Origin: Adineta vaga
Taxonomy: Eukaryota; Animalia; Rotifera
Assembly: GCA_021613535.1 (NCBI GenBank)
Contig: CP075494.1
Coordinates: 9,610,001-9,674,000, forward strand
Reading direction: 5' to 3'
DNA length: 64,000 nucleotides
Shown: positions 57,858 to 64,000 of the stretch, one piece after another
Layout of the letters: every line of letters starts with the position of its first letter
Numbering within the stretch: the first letter of the stretch is position 1
Position numbers and translations under genes: made by a program
The notes under the pieces: generated by a model
Seen by the model: only the letters and a program-made list of their open reading frames with translations
What the model was told of the DNA's origin: nothing
Database searches by the model: none

Positions 57858-58200
57858 GATCAATTAATCACCTATAGAAATCGATAAATAATAATCCTTC
57901 TCCTCTTTTTTCCAATATCTCTCTCTCTCTCTCTCTCGACACGACTACTCTGCTAACGTGGTTTTCCTATGGATTGGTTGATTAATTCTATCATTAATTT
58001 ATCGAAGAATTTTTCTTCTATGAATCATTCAATGAATTTTTTTCTCCATTTCTATGAAATTAAAATTAAAATATGGACAAATTTCAGCGAGAAAATTTGT
58101 GACAATAGATGTCGACACATTTGCCTGTCGTCCATTATTTTTAAATGAACGATCTATAACGGGTAATATAAACGAATATAGAAACAATATTCGATTCAAC

Positions 58201-61200
58201 ATGGGTGATGATGGTAGACATCATCATGAATTTCGAGCTCGACGTGTCGATGGAACAAATCCTGATGGTAATATTGCGAAAGACATCAATTCTATCATTT
58301 ATTCCTACCTTTGTCTACATGTTTAATAAGGTTTGGAAGATGCTGCTGCACAAAGTCGTCTTACACATGATCGAATGTCAGCAGAAGAATCTCGATTATT
58401 TCCAGACATTTGTAAAGGTGATATTAAACGACATAAAGCATTCTTAATTATTCGAAATAATATCGTAAGTAAAACATTATTTTTATTGTTTTTTACTTGA
58501 GTTATAATGTGATTATACAATGTACAGTATCTACAATTCTATTCAAGATATATCAATCCTTTCGATTGATCATTGAGAATGTTCGAGAAGTTTAAAATGA
58601 TGATAGATATATTTGTTTAGAGACATATTTTTATTCTAGCTTCGAATGTGGTTTGATGAACCTCGTGTTCAACTTGTATTGGAAAAAGTCATGGAAAAAT
58701 TGACTCAAGTTGAACCGCAATATGCTACTGGTAATAGAAATGGTCTAGCTATTTTTGTTTTATTTCTATAGTATACTTTTTGATAAATAGAAGAACGTGT
58801 TCTTGCTGGAAAAATCTTCCTTTATCTCGAACGTTACGGTTATATTAATTTCGGAGTATTCAAACGGATTACGATTCCAATTGGAAGTCAGTTTTGGAAT
58901 AATTCAGTTCGACATATACATATGAAATACGATTGATCTCTAGGTAAAAAAGAACAACCACGTGTTATTATTATTGGTGCCGGTATTGCTGGAATCATTG
59001 CTGCTCGTCAATTACAATATTTTGGATTTGATACTATTGTTCTTGAAGGACGCGTAAGTACTTCTCATGAATAAATCATAGAACAAACGATCATCTTTCG
59101 TATAGAGTCGAGTTGGTGGTCGAATTGCAACATTTCGAAAAAACGGTTTCATTGCTGATTTAGGCGCTATGGTTGTCACAGGATTAGGTAACTATAATCT
59201 ATTTCTATTAACTTAAAATATCTTTTGTACATTCGTTTTAGGTGGAAATCCAGTTTCAGTATTACAAACTCAAACAAATCTTGATCTTGTACCAGTAAAA
59301 CATAAATGTCCAATGTATGAATGTTCACAGAATGTGGTATGTCAAATTTTCCTAAATATCTCCCGGAAAGTTTCATGTTTTCTTTCAGTTACTAAATTCA
59401 TTTTTAAAATCAGTTGACTTAATTCATTTCCGACGTCGTTATCTTCGGGTTAATAGAATCTCTAATATTGCCTTCTTTTGGGTTTTTAATTCGAATTTAA
59501 AGATAGATTAGCAAAACTAAATTTTGTTTGTTTGTTTTTTTCTTTTTTCTCTCGTGGAAGGTACCAAAAGCTAAAGATGAAGTTGTGGAAAGAGAATTTA
59601 ATCGTTTATTAGAAGCATGTTCATATTTGGCACAAACACTCGATGAAGATATTAATGGAAAGAAACAACCATATTCATTAGGTGATGTTCTTGAACAATT
59701 GATTCGTGCACAAGAAAAAGCTGTTCGAGAAAAATATCTTCAACATCTACGAGAAATAACAAAAATGAAAGAATCACTTCGAACAATTTTAACATCTGTA
59801 AGATTTATCATTCTCTTTCTTCACCAAAAAAGAATAATTCAAAATTTATTTATTCTAGATGTGTGAAATACGTAATAAATGTGTTACATTACATAAAGAA
59901 TATTCCGATGTTTTACAAGTACCAGATAATGGAAATGTACTTGAAGAATTTGTTATACGTGATGTAGCTAAAAATTTAGTTATTACCACAGAGGTTAGTT
60001 TATTAAAACTTAAAATTAATGATTTCATGTGTATTGATTGGCTTTTATGCTTATTGTAGGATTATACTCGTCTTGAAACTCAAGCTGAACAATTGAAAGA
60101 ACAAATTCGTGTTGCAGAAGATAATCCACCACCGTATGTTTTTGTTTTTGATAGAACATAATCATGACGGAAATGATCTGTTGATATTTTAGTCGTCTTT
60201 ATCTAAGTGTAGCTGATCGTCGTATTCTTGATTGGCATATCGCTAACTTAGAATTTGCGAATGCAGCACCATTAAATTGTTTATCATTAAAATATTGGGA
60301 TCAAGGTAAATTTCATACGATATATATCATGCTTATCATGCTTATTTATCTTTTATCATTGTTTAGATGATGAATATGAATTTACCGGTTGTCATTTAAC
60401 TAGTAAATAAATCAAAATGATTGTAGACGATGAAATATATCTTTGTTCTATTCAATTTAGTACGTAATGGTTATTCGATTTTACCATTGGCTCTGTGTGA
60501 AAATCAAAACATAAAATTAAAACGTTCAGTAAAAAAAATTACTTACAATAAAACAGGTAATATCTATTAATATAATAACAATGCAGTCATACATAGTACT
60601 ATATTCTTTAGGTGTTGAAGTTATCGTTACCAATACTGAAGATCCGAAAAATGAAATACCTGAAACCTATCGAGCTGCCGCAGTACTTGTAACTGTACCC
60701 TTGGGTGTATTGAAAGAAAATATAATTCAATTTGATCCACCATTATTGGAAGAGAAACAATCAGCAATTGATCGACTTGGCTTTGGAAATTTAAATAAAG
60801 TAAAATTTATCTTCTTTATTTTTGATTTTGTAATATAAATGTTCCATTTAGGTGGTTCTGTGTTTCGATAAAGTATTTTGGGATTCTAATCATACCTTAT
60901 TTGCACATGTTAATGCTTCGACATCATCACGTGGAGAATTGTTTCTCTTTTGGTGTTTTACAAAACCACCAGTACTTATTGCTTTAGTTGCTGGTGATGC
61001 AGCGAATGTTGTTGAATGTGCAACAGATGATGTTATTATTGGTCGTACATTAGTTGTTCTAAGAAATATTTTTGGTTCAGCAGCTGTCCCATCAGTATGT
61101 TGAAAACATTCCTGATGATAAAATAGATTTGCTTTCTTGTAGCCCAAAGAATCATTAGTAACACGATGGAAATCAGATCCATTCGCACGTGGTTCTTATT

Positions 61201-61477
61201 CATATGTTGCTGTTGGTGCTTCAGGTACTTTGATTTCTAATGCTAAACAAATAAAATTGAGATCTTTTTGATTTGTTATTAAGGTGATGATTATGATATT
61301 CTAAGTCGTCCGGTTGAATATCCCGGTGATCGGATTCCACGATTATATTTTGCTGGTGAACATACGAATCGAAATTATCCAGCAACAGTTCATGGTGCAT
61401 TATTAAGTGGTTTACGTGAAGCTCGACGTATAGCTGATGCTTTTCTTGGCTCGATCTATGAAGTTTCGGCACCTTAA
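58201..61477 (+). CDS. KDM1A: Lysine-specific histone demethylase 1 (SWIRM, amine oxidase, Tower)
   Basis: It contains [102 protein letters not shown] (catalytic Lys kept), ARGSYSYV and [24 protein letters not shown]. Confidence 0.96.
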
Positions 61478-62446
61478 ATCTATCTACTTTCCTTCTTTTT
61501 TTTCTGTTTAATGTAACATTGACATTTCTCTGTTGTATATTGAATACTACGTACATAGAAAAAAACAATAGAATACTATTTTAGATCGTTTTTCTCTGGA
61601 TAAACAAATTTCAATAACTCAAAAGATTGAATAGCATTGTAAATGATGTGGATATGATACATAAACGCTATTTATGTGGAATTTGTGTTTCATTATACAT
61701 AGTACGAGAGTAAAAAGTCGATTAGTTTCATAATTGATGTATTGAATTCTCAAATTGTTCAAAAGTTTTGATTCGTTGATCTTTGTTCTATCGTAAAGAA
61801 ATAATTGCTGATAATGATTCAAATTCAATTCATTTAAATCGCTTTTCAGAATAAATATTCATATGCTGATGAACATACTATAGTAGACAACCTTCAGTAT
61901 ACATCTTTCATAAAACAATATTTACTTAAATACACTATTTGTTACAATATTTGCTCAACTACAATCATATTGAAATTTAATGTCTTCCATCTATTGTATG
62001 ATTAATTTAAAGTTATCCTTGATAAATTCAATACAATAAATGCATTCTTTCAAAATAGAAGACCTTCTTTTCGAGGAATTTTGTTAGCTAAAATTTGACG
62101 GTAATAGTTATGGGTCAAATTATTTCATATCCGGATGCATGTCATCAGTTTTTGACCTTTTCATATGTTTGAACGAACGAACAAAAGTATGATACAAAAT
62201 AGATTTCTTTTTATTATAATGTTGTAAATAGGAATGACGATGAACATGAAAAGAAAAGAGAAAGAGAAAAAAAAGACTTGTTTCAAAGGGTAAGAATGCA
62301 GCAAGTGAAACAAGAGAAAAGTCAAGCAATAGAGCATAGGTTAGGTTTGGAATGTTTGATCTGTGTGAAATTAATATCTACATGACGTTGATTGAGAAAA
62401 AAGAAAGAACGAAACAAAAAAATGAAGAAGATATTTTGTTTAATTT

Positions 62447-63807
62447 TCACAATGTAGTCGGTTGCGCTGCATACATTGTTGGATGATGATAATAATCAGA
62501 TGAGGACGAAGGAACAAACGCTGTTTGTGGTAATTGCGATGCATAATAAGCATTTAATGCTGCTGGATTATCACCAAAACCTTGATGCATTATCAGTGTA
62601 TTTATCGCAAACGGTGAATAACCAGGAAATGTATGTGGATCAAACGGCATCTGATTAAATTCACACTGTTCCTGTTTAAGTTGTTTAATACCAACAGTTG
62701 TTCCTGTTGATAAAACTTGTAAATCACGAGTATCTAGTGATTCTAAGGATTGCTGTTGTTGTTGTTGTTGTTGTTGCATATACATAGGTCTTTGTTGTTG
62801 TGGCATAAGTAAGGATTGTTCATCACATGATTTTTCAGATGCTGAAGAAAGTGGACTTCGTTGTCCACTACCTGTGGATGTTGTTGATTTATCTAAACTA
62901 TTATTTATTCCATTACGTCGACTATTATTATTTGAATCACGATCGTGTTGTAAACGTTTTGTACCTATTCAAAAATAAAGATTTTTCATATGTTGCAATA
63001 GCTATGTTTTATTATTTACGAAAAGAATTACATTTAAAACGCTTTTGTCGTCGAAGATAACAGCCATTTTCAAACATATTTGTTGCTTCTTGATGTAACG
63101 CCCAATATGAACCTTTACCGGGTCTATATAGAAAACGACATGTGTTCAGTTAGACAGAATACATTGTACATAACATACCGATCAGGACTTCGTGGTACTT
63201 TAACAAAACAATCATTAAAACTTAATGAATGACGAATAGAATTTTGCCATCGTTGTTGATTTTGACGATAGTATGGAAATGAATCCATAATAAATTGATA
63301 AATTTCAGACAAAGTGCACATACGACTTGCTGATAATTGTATTGCCATTGTAATTAAAGATATATAACTGTAACGAAAGAAAAGAATTAGTTAAGATATG
63401 TCTGGAAAAAATGTTTTTATTCAATAATACCTATATGGTGGTTTTGCACACGCATTAAAATTTCGTCTGTAATTTGCTCCAGCTGATAATGCTGTTGAGT
63501 TATTTGTTATTGATTGTTGTTGTCCATTGGCTATAGCGGATGATAAACTGTTACTAGTTTTGTCGGTAATTTGTTCATTTTGATAACGTGCTTGCATAAT
63601 ATTTGATGCATTTGATGGCTGTTGATTTCCATAAACCATTGATAAAGATGTTGGTGATAATGATTGAACATTATTGTTGACTAGTTGCTGTTGATGATGA
63701 TGGGATGGCGGTAAAAGTGAATATTGACCAATATTATTTCCATAGGTTGATTGTTGGTAACAACAATTTGTCTGATAATTACCTGGTGTTTTGGGTGATG
63801 ATGACAT
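62447..63807 (-). CDS. FOXA: FoxA (forkhead/HNF3) transcription factor; start may lie in an upstream exon
   Basis: The forkhead reads [73 protein letters not shown]...[18 protein letters not shown] region-II-like SPFAINTLI and a poly-Q tract are present. The ATG at 63807 follows a TTTACAG acceptor. Confidence 0.94.
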
Positions 63808-64000
63808 GGAAACTGTAAATATATCAAAAAAAGATCTTTTTGTCAATAAAGTTATTTATATTAGTTTTGTTAATATGTACTTATAATCTTTTTCTCGCTC
63901 CCTCTTTCTCTTTCCCTTTCGGATTTTTTTCTTCTCTTACTTTGTTTTAATTTTCTTTAAAAAAGATCGTTTTATGTGTACGGTACGTGTATGTGTATGT

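Noticed and set aside
58054-58200. Upstream in-frame ATG extending LSD1 by 49 aa
   Set aside because: The extension lies in the short divergent promoter and has no LSD1-like character. I prefer 58201, though the upstream start is not excluded.

Overview
This is an AT-rich, gene-dense animal (metazoan) chromosome segment with very short GT-AG introns (mostly about 50-60 nt). The intron size, the divergent class A GPCRs, the ART-like/TPR protein and a bacterial-type intronless gene point to a bdelloid rotifer (inference, no search run). I rebuilt 17 protein genes by hand across their splice junctions: tektin-4, RECQL5, JIP3/4, a DUF1445 hydro-lyase, three GPCRs, DDX46, PDCD4, a taperin/phostensin-like PP1 regulator, TTLL12, an ART-like+TPR protein, MTHFR, DNA polymerase kappa, FoxK, an alpha9/10-like nAChR and RIB43A. 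SURF4, LSD1/KDM1A and FoxA bring the total to 20. I saw no rRNA, tRNA, CRISPR array or intact transposon. The most interesting signals are in RNA processing. JIP3/4 has a candidate mutually exclusive exon pair that swaps out the RH2 domain, an 18-nt microexon, and clustered UGCAUG/ACUAAC motifs. LSD1 has a candidate in-frame 60-nt exon at the junction used by mammalian neuronal exon 8a. DDX46 intron 1 holds candidate poison exons. Three conserved genes (RECQL5, DDX46, FoxK) each carry a +1 frameshift. Tight same-strand gene pairs have splice acceptors just before the ATG. CDS coordinates are gene spans including introns; family assignments come from recalled motifs, not database hits.
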